NCBI RefSeq assembly: GCF_037042905.1
Contig: NC_087251.1
Span: 12,278,001 to 12,342,000 of the forward strand
DNA from: Lytechinus pictus
Taxonomy: Eukaryota
DNA length: 64,000 bases
Direction of reading: 5' to 3'
The number at the start of each line of letters is the position of its first letter. The stretch's first letter is position 1. Both the position numbers and the translations under genes were made by a program. The notes under the pieces are model-generated. The model searched no databases. It saw only the letters and a list, made by a program, of their open reading frames with translations, and was not told where the DNA came from. Of the stretch, positions 10,911 to 57,240 are shown one piece after another.

Positions 10911-13900
10911 ATAGATTGTAAAACCGACTTCGTACTCTTTGAGTTACACACAAAAGCAGGTGAAACTTTGCACTCTGTAAAGATGAAGAAAAGAACTTTA
11001 AACAGTATAAGATAATCGGCTAGCAAACCGTAACCCTAGCAATCCCAGGGGACCTCAATGGCCCCCTCAAAAGTTTATATGATAAATCTATAAACATGAC
11101 AAGGCTGACCCATATCATTCAAGACTATTTGGGGTGCATGCATGGGTATGCGGTTATGATATTACATTAGTGCATGTCAGACCCCGAACTGCTCAAAAAC
11201 GTGATTCATGTATAAAGCCAATTGTAAATTCTCGCCAAAATCTGTATCATGATTTGTACTTTTTTTATTTTAATAATTAAAATTATTGCCAATAATTTCC
11301 ATTCAAAAAAGAGAAAGTAAAAACTTTTTATACTGATTTTTTTTCTTAAATGCATTTGATCTAAATTCCTCAATTGAAAAACTAAGCAGTTCAAGGGCTT
11401 TATTTATAGATTTATCTAAAATTGGCTTAATTGATTCAAATGAAATAAAGCATTTTTTTATTTAATGAAATTAAGCTTTGAAACCTTATAGATTACAGTA
11501 TGTCATATTTTTCCTTTGTGCAAATTCTTCTCCCCCCCCCCCCCACCTTGATTGACAAGACTCAAAATACCCCAGGACTACATGTATATGTACATGTATG
11601 AGGAATAAACTTATAAAATGTCAACTTTAGTGGGGTTTTGTTTTTGCACACAATTTCTATGATTTAGTAATTTTTTCAGGAAATATGAATTTTGTTGTTG
11701 GAAATTCAGTAACAAAAATTGTAGTCTGCTCTTACTTACTCCAAAAATGTATTTAAAACATCAAGAGCTTAAATCAGACTGTATAGTTTCGTTGATTTAC
11801 AAAATAATTGCATCAATCGTTGAAAAAAACATTTAAAAAGGATTGAAAACGTTGTAAAACAATAAAAAAAAAGTTCTATTTGTTTCTCAATAAAAAAACG
11901 TTTTTTATAACAACCCTGGCTGTGCATGTGCATTGTGTAATCTCTTTGCTGCCATAAGATAAAAGCATGGATTATCGGTCATTACCATCACCAGTGTTAA
12001 CCGTTTACAATACGTGACATTGAAACTATACTAATATGGGATTATCATGATAGGATTGTGAATGCATTCAATGGAGTTAGATAAATGATGCTTAACTATT
12101 TCAATACTGTCAATCTATTCCTCTACTCAAATATTGTGGGCTTATGACGTCAGACCAAAATCTCCTCCATGATGTAACTTTTGATATTGACAAGACAAGA
12201 AGACTAATCTGGTTCAAACCAGGCTGTGAAATGAAAATCCACTTAACAAAATACAGGATAATATTTTTGTCTTTACCAAGTCAACTTGTGCGGATACCTG
12301 ATCTACAGTGTGTTCCAGAAAAAAAAACCTTGAGAATTATTGATGATTTATCATAACTTAACTACAATACAATTTACCTACCAGTTCAAATCTTTGTAGG
12401 TGGTCCTCCTCTTTCTCCTGAAACAACTCAGAAGTTTCCTCATTCATGCATGCATGAGTAAGAACAATTTGAAGAAGAAAGGATTCCAAAAAGTCACTTG
12501 TCAGGAAAAAAATACATTTCTAAAGAGTTCAATATCTGCTGTTTGTTTTGATATCTCAGTCACAGAAAATACTCAAGAAATCAAAAAGATCTCTCTTTGA
12601 AGTAATGCTTGTATTTCCATAATTTTATTGAACAAATTGTTTTCACAGATTCCTTACTCTATCCACATGTATTGCACAGTTAACAAAAGACTTACGTGTG
12701 GCTTGTCAACAAAATGAAGTATTGAGTAAGTCAAACAGCTAGCCTGTAAAATGTCTTCATTTTATTATATTATTGAAATTCAAGCATTATTTCATTAAAC
12801 TTTATTATTTCTTGGCCATTTTCTGTTCTGTGATTGAGGTTTAAAATAAGCGGAGATATTGACCTTTTAGACATGTGATTTTCTTTTCTTTCTTAAAAAA
12901 AAATATTTATTGTAACTACCCTCCCCCACCCCTTGTGACTTTTTGTATCCTTCAAATTGTTTTTACTTATTCATACTCATATGGTCATATGAACTCAAAT
13001 GGCACAGAGGTTTAATATTCAATGAGATAAACACCAACCTTGATGTCTGCTTGATTATTCATTCTTTTATTTTTCTTTTGTTTAAATGTATATCCCTAGA
13101 AAGCGACAATTTGTCACCTGGTATTTAATAGATTTGGTCAAGTATATAGCAACATGCTTATGCAAAGAGAGTTCATGGATGTACCACTATATTCTAGTCA
13201 CCGGGATCCCGGCATACGATAATAAGCGATTAATTGTACGCTTTATTTTCACATTGTAGTCAATGCAATCAGTCATTAAAAAATGTTCTACGATGATTAA
13301 TAAGCTTTGTGTGATTGGTCCATGGTCTTTCTGCATCCTGCTATGTCAGGCATGCTTACATAATATCTTGCTTTGAAATTAGCCTATCCTAATATTGAAG
13401 AGAAAAGTTATTTGAACCATGGACCTACAAAGAGATGGACGATTAACACGAGCCTTCTTTTGATGCGATCATCACCTGATTACATGTATGTGTATCTTCA
13501 TTAGAACATGACAATCAACAATTCAAAATGCTTCAGATTTGGGACTGCAAAATTTAGAAACAGATGATTTTGTTAAATAAAGGCTTTTATTATTCAATCA
13601 GCATACCTCCTCACATGCATATTGACCTCAATAACATGGAGAGATACATGTATGCTATATGCCATGTATCTATGAAATATTAGGAGGAAACTTAAAAATG
13701 GGATTAAAAATGATTTAAAAAAAATCTCAATCACACTATAGCTTTATAACTTTAAATATGCATACATTTCCCCAAATACTTCATATGGAATTATGATTAC
13801 CAATCATTGTAAACCAGAACTGCACTTGGATTTCATTGATTTATTGTTTTTCATGCATACTGTTTGTGCAATATCAATGTCTTATAACAGACTGATTTTT

Positions 13901-14283
13901 TCAACCCATGGCCTAATTGACAGTCACCATCATGCAACCATTATAGAAGGGAATTTTATTAAAATGACAGTTACATGTGTGACATTAGTAAATTCATCAA
14001 ATAATTGAAGAGTGTCCATCACTTTGTCCATGTTTAAACAAACCCTGAAGTGGTCTATTTTCTTGTCTATGATGACATGAAGAACTTCATTGAAAAGATA
14101 TTTGCAAGTTTCCTGCGGGATAGATTCTGCTGTGATTTATGGTAAGGTGCCTGATGGCTGAATGAGTACACTACAGAATCATGAAAATATACTGTATTTT
14201 TTCTAAAATATTGTGTAATGCAGACGTGTTCTCCTTCATTAATTTTCTTCTTGTTTTTGTTCTTTGTTCTGTTTTTTATACAG

Positions 14284-47482
<33,199 letters not shown>

Positions 47483-50400
47483 CATACCCAAAGTCAGTGC
47501 TTCATGTATAACAATTAAAGGGTCATCGCATTACTTCCTTAAGTTTTCATGTGAATTAATTCTACCGATGGAGGGAACTCGAGGTAAATTCGGTTTGTCA
47601 CAGGCGTAGTGGAGAGGTGCAAATTATCAGCTGATTTTGTTTTGAGTTGACCTAAAAAACGCTCGAGGTTAACAAGAGGGTTTCCTGAAACCGCTGAGAA
47701 AGTGTTGCAGTAAAACTGCCATAACTTTTGTAAATGACCATGAATCTGAGTGATATTTATATTTTTGGAAAGAATAACGATTTCTTTGGCTGTTCGTCTT
47801 GTTAGTTTTGCCATTTGTGGAGTAAAAATATGAAAAAATGTCACAGAACTCTCCTTAAAAAAATTCAATTAAGTAGTCAAAAAATTCGCTTAAATATCAC
47901 ATTTTCAGGACTTCGACATGAACAAAACTGAGGTATGTCAGAAAGTAACTATCAAGGTAACTTTGTGTGAAAAATCAGTTCTTGTAAACACAGGGTACGG
48001 ATATGTCTGGAAATAATCCAACTCCTTGTGATTTTCAACCCAAGAAATTTGTTTTCATGCCAAGTCAGCCCACTGAAGACAATGATGCTATCACCCAACT
48101 TCAGTCCTTGCAGTTGACCAGTGAAATGTAACTTTTTGTAAGCTTCATTTTATCACTGATCACAATCATGGTTTGCTGATAAAGTAAAAGACATATGGAA
48201 TAGAGAAAAGTGGATATTTCTATGCCTACCTTGTACTTTCATTCAGCTCAGTAAGCATGTAAACACTTGGACCCGGACGCACCATAACAGAATGGCTAGT
48301 GATTGATTACAGGGCTTGGGTTCCAAAGCTCATTGCACTGGTTATTGTGGATGATTAGCGATACAATCAATTATAACGTAGTGTGTTGTAGGGCCCATCT
48401 CATGGTGCGCGGGACTTGGGGTATCAAAAACTCCTTGTTACTTTGTGTCAGAACCCCATTTTCATATAGTGATTTCTCAAGAAGTAATTAGTCTTCGGTA
48501 CAGCGAAAACTTGGCATGCCAATCCATACATATCTCATGAATATGCACAACAAATCTCATGAATATTCAATGCGAGGTATAGATATGTCTTGAAAAAGTT
48601 TGAGGGCACTATTTGGAGACAACGAAAATGAAAGTAAGCAAGAAATTAAAATCATTTGATTGTTTTTTATTATATTTTCAGGATAGAATGATATTATTTT
48701 GGATAATACCTAAAAATTTGAGGAAATTTAGTGTACATGCTGCAAAAATATAAGCAAGTTAATTTTTCATGAAAAAGAAATTCAAAACAAATCGGGCGTT
48801 TTCGCCGAGTTGATTGCACTCGTCCGCTTGGCCTGGTCAGGTAAGAAGAGAGCTGATATTTAAATCCATGACTCCATGTAAACTGTGAACAGGATTTGTT
48901 AACTCAGTGGCTACTGAAATTCAGAGGTCCCTGTACAATGCCTATTGGAATCTCAGAATTCAGTAATCAATGGTTTAACATATGTATAATATAATGTAAG
49001 GATGTGTAATTGTACTACTTTTACTCGTACTACAGCCATTGGTAAATCATCAAAGAAGTATACTAACGCAATCTAATGTTCTTAAAATGATAGCACTGCT
49101 ACTGCTATTTTTATTAGTACTGCTGCCATTATTATGCAATGAGTATGCCAATGCAATCAAAATTTGTAAAATTATGAGAGCACAAGATGTGAAAGTGTTC
49201 TATTACTATTACTGCTAATACTTCTGACATGATGAAGTCTCAGAAAAAAAGCTTGAGATATTGATTTTTAGAATGATTGCCTGAAATATTGAGGTGTAAT
49301 CCTACTGCTATCATCTGGTACTGCTTGAGGTCAAGGAGAAATTACTCTGACTTATGATGACCAAAGTATCTCACAAATTATTGCATTTATTTATGTGCTT
49401 TTTAATGTGTAGATATTGATATAATGTATGCGGAGCCTTATACCAAGACTACTATATGCTTGCCTTTAATACAGAAGATTGGATATAATAATGGGAGTAT
49501 GATATCATTCAGTGGTAATTTTTTCTAGTTGAAGTTGTTGCTGTTAATTTTTTTTTTCTGGAGGCAATGGGGAAGTTTTGTTTTTAATTTTAAGATCTAT
49601 CTGTCATTTCCGAATAAAAAAAAAGGTTTCTTGCTTGTTCAATACTTCTACACAATAGTTATGCTGAGCGATTCTGAACATGACTTTTCTTCTATGGAGG
49701 TAACTATTTGAATGTATTTGTATTGTGACTTATAATTTTGATTATAAATTTGAGCTTTAAGTTTCAGTTGATGCTAGACAGAAATGCATTAGAAATATGC
49801 TCAGGGCATTATCAGGGTTACAGATTGTTTGACTGTATGGAAAGAGTATTTACCAACATCATTGATTGCATGAATGTATTGGTAAGTTATGATGATATTC
49901 CACCGGTTCATTGATATGGTTGCTGTCACATAGTGATCCATAAAATGATCTGTAAATACTGTTACCAGCTGTGTGATCAATCACTAAGCTTTGTCTAATT
50001 CGGTTGATTCACAATGCAGTGTGCCATATATCAGTTACAGCAGACAGGCCAATTTCTAACTTTGGGGTAGACATCCGCATGCAGGCGGAAGTAGCGCACA
50101 GTGCTAGTGTACTGTAATGTGACTGTGATCTTCGAAACTGAAAATCATATGGCAAAAGCAGAGGAAGAATTCACAGAAAATGGTCTAATTTTGCAAAGAA
50201 ATTTCTGTATTTGATTAGTCACAGTTAAAGTCTGCTTTCAGCTAAATGCTGCTTTTCAGGAAGGCTGTGAACAACTGAATTCAAATAATACAAAAATGAA
50301 AATGAGTTTACAAAAATACTAACAAAACATGAAAATAATACAATTTGCAAAAGTTGAAAAAAAATGAAAATGATATGCAAAGTAATATCAAATTCAAAAC

Positions 50401-50571
50401 TAATAAAATAAAACAAGGGTAAGTTAATATAATTCAGTTTTTACAGGGGTGGTCGGGGGGGGGGGGGTAATTGGTTTAAGAAAGTGATATGAGACGTACC
50501 AATGTAGACAGGTTTTGTCTTGCATGCATAGCAGAGCGAGACCTTAGGCAACGCTTTTCCGACACATTGTT

Positions 50572-50930
50572 CTACAGATCTGACCAAATCATTTAGAGTG
50601 ATTATGAAAAGGAGGGGGCCTAGGATACTCCCCTTAAAGGCACTCTGCTTTCTACAGTACAAAAACCTGACATGTTACTATTGACAATCGTTGATTGCTG
50701 CCTACCAAAGAAATAATCGCGGAAACATTTTAATACATCTTGGACAAATCCAAAGTAACATAATTTCTTTAATGATAATTCAGACGAGATCAAATCAAAT
50801 GCCCTCTCCAGGTCTGTTATAACCATACCAATAACGTAACCTCGATCAATTTTGTGAGTAAAATCATCAGTGATATTTAACAAGGCAGTGGTCGTTGAGT
50901 TGCCTGGATGAAAACCATGCTCTCATGGAT
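50572..50930 (-). mobile_element. Decayed L2/CR1 reverse transcriptase fragment
   Basis: GF..GNSTTTALL, DLERAFD and GSILGPLLFII motifs; preceded by a family X 5' end at ~50516-50571. Confidence 0.8.
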
Positions 50931-51706
50931 CAAGCAAACTGTTGTTTGACAGGTAGATATACACTTGATAAAACACATTCTTTCTTAAATTCTAAAACTT
51001 TAGACTGGGAGTACCGAGATTGGTCTATAGCAAATAGACTACAGCAAAATTTCCCTCCCACCTCTTGGACCCTGAGCATAATTTCATGCAAGCCAGGCGT
51101 CGGCCAGCACAGCATAATCACATGCATGCTTGCGTCCGCAACAGATGTTGACTTTTTCCCATGAGGCTTTGCAAATTTTGGCCTGTCTGTTGCAACCGAT
51201 AGGTGGCGCAGAGTATTGTGAATCCACCGACTTGGGCCCTAATTTGATTTTTGGAAAGATAAGAGAGCTCATTTTATGAATTGGGATATGAGTGCGGTAA
51301 TTGGTATATTGTAGAAATAAATTATGAAAGTATCTTCCAGTGACAAAGTGATTCATAGATTGATAACAATTGTCTCTGAAGATGTGTCATTCCAGTGTTT
51401 CAAACACTACATCACTAAAAATTATGATTTAATTTTCAAATATTAATTTAAAACATGATTATTATAAAGTCGAGGCATTACTTTACTTTGCATTCAGTAG
51501 ACAGGGTTTAATAAGAAATATGAATTTTTTTCTGGAAAGTCCTGAAAAATAGTATTCAATTTAACTTTAAAAAATAATTTATATTTGTGTCAGTGATCAT
51601 CTAATGTTTGGTTAGTCCTGCTGAGGCTGGTCCTGTATGTATGGTACGTTGATTGACTAGACATGGAAAAGAATAGTTTTTTGTCAAATTGGTAGGTGGC
51701 CACACC

Positions 51707-52059
51707 TACCGTGTTTACACGCTGCATCGGCTCGCAGTGCAGACTCTCCTTTTTTTAATGCGTGTAAACGTGATTAACTTGCACCAGCTCGCGGTGCAGA
51801 CACAGCAGTTTTGCCTCACCAAAATAGTGGGATCAGAACCGTGAGCCGGTGCCGACACAGCATTTTTTCTCTGTAAACATGAAGTCAAGTCTGCCCCGGC
51901 AATTAGCGCGTGTTTCGTGAAGTAAATTTTATCCACTCATCTATGTTTTTGCCCGTGAGCTGGGACAGCGTGTAAACGCGATGCAAGATGACCTGTGAGC
52001 CGAGTCTGCACTGGCTCTCAGGTCTGCACCACAAGCCGATGCAGCGTGTAAACATGGTA
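51707..52059. mobile_element. MITE
   Basis: taccgtgtttacacgctgcatcggct/agccgatgcagcgtgtaaacatggta TIRs. Confidence 0.8.
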
Positions 52060-52780
52060 ATGATTATGTTACGGTTAGGTTTGTGCACCTGTTTTATAAT
52101 CTTTGTTTCTACCATTTTATGGTGGGAAAATATATTTGTTTCATCATCTGAATTCTTTCATTCCAGCAATTTTCCCCTTCATTCATGACAGTGTGGGTGT
52201 TTTATCCTGGCTCCCATTTCATAAAGACTATTAACAAGTCTATGATCAGCCAATCAAGATGAATGATTTCAATAGTTTTAAACTGTTATTGCAAATTTGT
52301 TAGAGTTTTTTTCATAAAACGGGTCCCTGGCTGGTAATGCAAATTACAAGAAAATTAAGCTTTTTTTGACAACAATAATGTATTATGAATCAGACATGCA
52401 TTATACATATGAATGTTGTGTTTGATTCAATGATTTTGGTATTAAGGACAATCATTATGGTGGTTTTGACTATTAATTTGAAGAAAGTTGATGACTTTAA
52501 ATCATGTGCCCACTTAGATTTTTGCATCCTGGCTGACTTAAAGGAGTAAAAAAGTTTACAGGAGTATGATATGAGGTGAATTCCAACACACAAACAATTG
52601 TGTAATTGATGTAATTAGCAGTAGCATGTATATCAGCTATTTAATAGGCTTTCCAGATTTTATTAAAGATATTTGGAGTAAAAGATTGAAATATAATTTA
52701 CATTGCGTTTTAGTATTCAGATACAATTTATTTAATTTAAAGAATATTGCAACCTTCTAATTCGAAGATCTATAATTCAT

Positions 52781-53452
52781 AACAAGTGGAACGCCTCTGG
52801 CAGTCTCGCCTGCATTACACGATTCAATGTAACAGCAGTGCTGACTTTGAAAACAACTATTAAATAATTATTCACAAAATACTATGTCCATTGACCCAAC
52901 ATGACCTTTGACCATGATCATGTGACCCAAGACATGTGCAAAACAATCATTCATACTTGATTACCCTTATGTCTATGTTTCATAAACTACATGTGTAGAT
53001 CCATAAACTTTCTAAGTTATGATGACAATTCCACAAATACCCCCAACATGGTCAAAGTTTGTTGACCCTAAGTGACCTTTGACCTTGGTCATGTTACCTG
53101 AAACTCAGGCGGGATTTTCAGTAATACACTATCACTAGGTCCATATACTTTAGAAGTTATGACGACATTTCAAAAACTTATCCTTGGTTAAGATTTCGAT
53201 ATTGATTCCCCCAACATGGTCTAAGTTCATTAACTCTAAATGACCTTTGACGTTGGTCATGTGACCTGAAACTCAGGCAGGATGTTCAGTAATACTAGAT
53301 TCCCCTATGTCCAAGTTCCATGAACTAGGTCCATATATTTTCGAAGTAATGACGACATTTCAAAAAATTTTATTTGGTTAAGATTACAATGTTGACGACA
53401 CCGCCATCGGAAAAGCGGCGCCTATAGTCTCGCTCTGCTTTGCAGGCGAGAC
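52781..53452 (-). mobile_element. Complete family X (HINE-like) copy, inverted
   Basis: Reverse complement of the family X ends and subrepeats. Confidence 0.85.
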
Positions 53453-55545
53453 AAAAATGCCTTAATAACCTCACTGCCAATTCATTATTTTATTACAGGG
53501 ATAAATCAGTATTGATTGCTTTATGTAAAGTACTTTGATAGATGACTATTACAAAAATAAATAAAATGGGGTCTGTGAATAAATACGAGTTTGCATATAT
53601 GATTCAATAATGGGGATGCAAATTGATTTTTATGTTTTCTGATACTCGAGTAGGCTGCTATATTGTTTTCATGTTTTAAATCCACTTCCTGTTGTGTAAT
53701 GAAAACTGTACCAAAAATTGACTTATTTTATTAGAGGTAGAATAAATATCTACGGGGGTCCAATGATGTGGATATATGCACTATAAAAGTGTTTGTTACA
53801 TTTTGGAGCAAATCATTGCACTATATATTTCTTTTCCTCAAAGCCATTTTATTACCTCTACTATTTTAGTTTTCATGATTTTCATGGATCATATCTAAAA
53901 TCTGAAATGTAAACAAATTTGCTATGAATTTTCTTGATATGCTACTAGATCTAAATTTGCCAAATTTAAGTGTGTGCTGCATGGTAATCAATCTTTCTTT
54001 CTTTTTTCTTATTTGACCTTGACCTAACTGAGAAATGTGAATGGGTTTTGTTACCGCATTCAAAACTGCCCATAACGAAGCCCACCACTCCAAGCAAACC
54101 ATATAAAGTGAAATATTCTAGTCACCAACAGCAATCAATTTGTTGAATTTTTATGTGCCCAGGGCTACATTCCTGTTCTGAAGTTACAACCCCCCCCCCT
54201 TCCGATTCTCAAAATATGTTTGAACACGTTTTTAATGATCTTTGTGAAGAGGAAATATTTAAAGATAAATGAAAGTAGTTGCAGAAAATACTTCATGTGA
54301 AAATAGGTAAAACAAAGGTTAATTGTCAATGTGTCATGTTAGATCTAAATCTGGTACAGTTAAGTAAAGCTAGGGTTACACTGGAACAGAATCAGCTCCC
54401 TGAATCAGAGATGAATAGGTCCCAAGCATAGCAGAATCGCCAAGAATTGAACCCCTACAATACTCAAATGCCTCCCAGAATCGAACCGAATTCCATTCGA
54501 ATACATCCCAAAAGTGGCCAAATGATTTTATCGTGGCCACATTCGGGAGTATTTTTGAGGGTGTTCGTCTGGTTTTGAACATTTCAAAAGGAGCCGAAAC
54601 CCTGCAAGAATGGTCCCGAATCCCTCCCGGATTTTTTCGTATTAAGGGAGGGAGGACAGAATATTCCCGGATCCTCCTGAATACGTGAATTCCGATTCGG
54701 GGAGCTCCAGAATGGGTTCCAAATCCACAGAATCCATCCGAGTCTGGCCATATTCTGGCAGAATCGGCTCAAATTTATTCAGGAGAATTCGGTTTGGTGA
54801 TCACTGAATATCACTGACACAGATAAGCATATGTGGGACAGTGTATTATTATTGCTTGGAAAAATACCTGACATTGTGTCTTAATTAAATGTTTATTTCT
54901 TAGCTACTACGTACACAATTTCTTCAAGAATTTTTTGGCACATATTCTTCATTTATTCTTACAGACATTCTGGTTGTTATTTGATTGGATTATGTACACA
55001 CTCATTTTGAAAGCATGATCACGACTCCATTTATCTCTAAAGAATAAAACAATCCTAGTGCAATTCATTTACCTAATATTTCATGAAATATTTTATCATT
55101 GTCTGGTAATTTCAATGTTATTGTACTTTCAATGTTATCGTACTTTATTGTAATTTTATTGAAATTTGTTAACTGATGAACTTTTGCCATTTTCTAATTG
55201 TATTGTTCTGTGAGAGGGCACATCATTTTGTGTGTGGATATGAGTGTATGAGTGTGTGTTTGTGTGTCAAGAATGACACTTCTATAATTGTGTATGAATT
55301 TCCATCAAATGGTTTATTTCTTGTAATATTACCCAGATGTTAATTAGAGATGCTTTTTTTAATTATGTTTATTTATGTATAATACATAAACAATGCAAAT
55401 GCCCCAAAATATGTCAGGTTTAATTTGTGTAGCGAACTGATATGGCAGTGTGGGTATATGTTCATACTGTCCATCTTCTAGGTTTTTCTTATACATTATA
55501 TGATATGAAAACATGATGCATTTTCTCCACAATACTCCTTTGTAA

Positions 55546-55551
55546 AATAAA
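55546..55551 (+). terminator. Candidate polyadenylation signal of the SCARB gene
   Basis: AATAAA followed by a GT/T-rich downstream tract after an AU-rich UTR-like region; other AATAAA hexamers also exist. Confidence 0.3.
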
Positions 55552-56140
55552 TGAAAAAAACAAACTTACATTGTGTTCTGTGATTTTTTTGTGTGTGTGT
55601 GTTCATTTAATGTTGATAATTCCACTGGTTTGTACTTAATGTTTTAAAGAAGCAGATTAAAAACAGGTCAGAGCATGCAGCTCTAATAGGTGATTTTTTC
55701 ATCAGGGCCCCGTTGCATAAAAGTTACAATTATGGTAACTTTGCCATCCAATGGTAACTTGCATGGAATCCTTAATTTTCATTGGCTGTTGATCAACATT
55801 ACCATGGTAGTTACCATTGGATGACAAAGATACCATAATAGTAAATTTTATGTAACAGGGCCCAGAAAGGGTCCCTAAACACTTGATGTGCCTATTTTTA
55901 TACCTTTATTTGTGCTATGTTTTCACTCACAACATTTTTTATGAATAAAATTCTGTTAATGGTTGTTACCATTTTTAGCCAAAATTTATCTGAAAGTCAA
56001 AGATTGATACGGTTTATTTGCACTACAGCAGCGCACGTCTGAACTCTCTAAACCAAATCTGAGAACCCTTTTACACCCTCTGCATGTTTGTCTCAATTAA
56101 GGAAATAAGAATTGTCTGTGCTACCTAGATAGATATGATT

Positions 56141-57240
56141 GAAGGAGAAGTTCACACTGAAAAAAAAGTTAATTTTGACAGTAGCAGAAAAAATGAAAAT
56201 ATTGGCGATGGTGTGAGGAAAATCCATCAAATATTAAAAAAGTTATTAAAATTTTATTTGGGGGGATTTGTGACATATGCAAGCAGCTTCACCATACTTG
56301 TAATGAAATAATATAAATGTTATTTTCTCAATAAATTGAAAATTATTTTTATTTTACCTTCAGTATCAAATTATCAACAGGCAAATTATTTCCCCCCCCC
56401 CCAGCTATTGAAAGAAAAAAAATAGTCATCATGTACCATTAAAAAATGATAATTGTGCATTTTATATTGAATACTATATAGGGCAGCTGCTCGTACATGA
56501 CGTCTCAATTATTAAAGGACAAGTCCACCCCAACAAAGAGTTGACTTGAATAAAAAGAGAAAAATCCAACGAGTATAACACTGAAAATTTCATCAAAATC
56601 GGTTGTAAAATAAGAAAGTTATGACATTTTGAAGCTTCACTTAATTTCACAAAACAGTTATATTCTCATCCTGTTCGGTATGCAAATGAGGGGACTGATG
56701 ACATCACTCACTATATTTCTTATGTTTTTCATTATATGAAATATGATTTATTCCCATTGTCTCCTCATTGTCCTTGAAACAAAGTTTCATTCCTCCCTGA
56801 ATACGTGGAATTACCATCGCCTTAACATTTTATGGTTCAGTCAAGTTGGTCCTTATCGTCAAATCTGTAAAAATTGAAATATTCTATATTTCAAACAATA
56901 AAAAACAAAAGAAATAGTGAGTGAGGGACATCATCGACTCTCTCATTTGCATGTCAGTGAGTTGTGCATATAATTGTTTTGTGATAAATAAGCGAGACTT
57001 TAAGATGTCATAACTTTTTTATTTTACATCCGATTTTGATGAAATTTTTAGCGTTATGTTTGTTTGATTTTTCTCTATTGATTCAAATAACATTTTTATA
57101 GGGTGGACTTGACCTTTAAAAACTTCAAATTCTAATAACTCTATAACCTTTGATTGATTTTCCTCAAACTTTCATCAGTATCATAATTTTTTTCTGGTAT
57201 TTTTTACAAGAAACTTTTATTCAGGGTGAACTTCCTTCTT
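56141..57240. mobile_element. Kolobok-like MITE with a nested second MITE (56515-57114, TTAA-flanked); relatives at ~44765-45180 and ~58080-58565
   Basis: Outer ends aaggagaagttcacactga/tcagggtgaacttccttc; inner ttaaaggacaagtccacc...ggtggacttgacctttaa. Confidence 0.8.

Larger units (their letters stand above)
8292..11918. mobile_element. Non-autonomous hAT element with 8-bp TSD
   Basis: Terminal inverted repeats (TIRs) cagggttg/caaccctg; GCTGTGCA at 8284-8291 and 11919-11926; partial inverted relative at ~35070-35981. Confidence 0.88.

Noticed and set aside
14069..14153. Possible C/D box snoRNA (ATGATGA...CTGA) upstream of an acceptor
   Set aside because: The terminal stem is weak and I recognised no rRNA or snRNA antisense element; such motifs are frequent by chance in AT-rich DNA.
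1..14283. Search for the missing SCARB exons 1-2
   Set aside because: No FN.TN/GPY exon or N-terminal anchor exon was found; the region is mostly TEs, so they probably lie upstream of the window.
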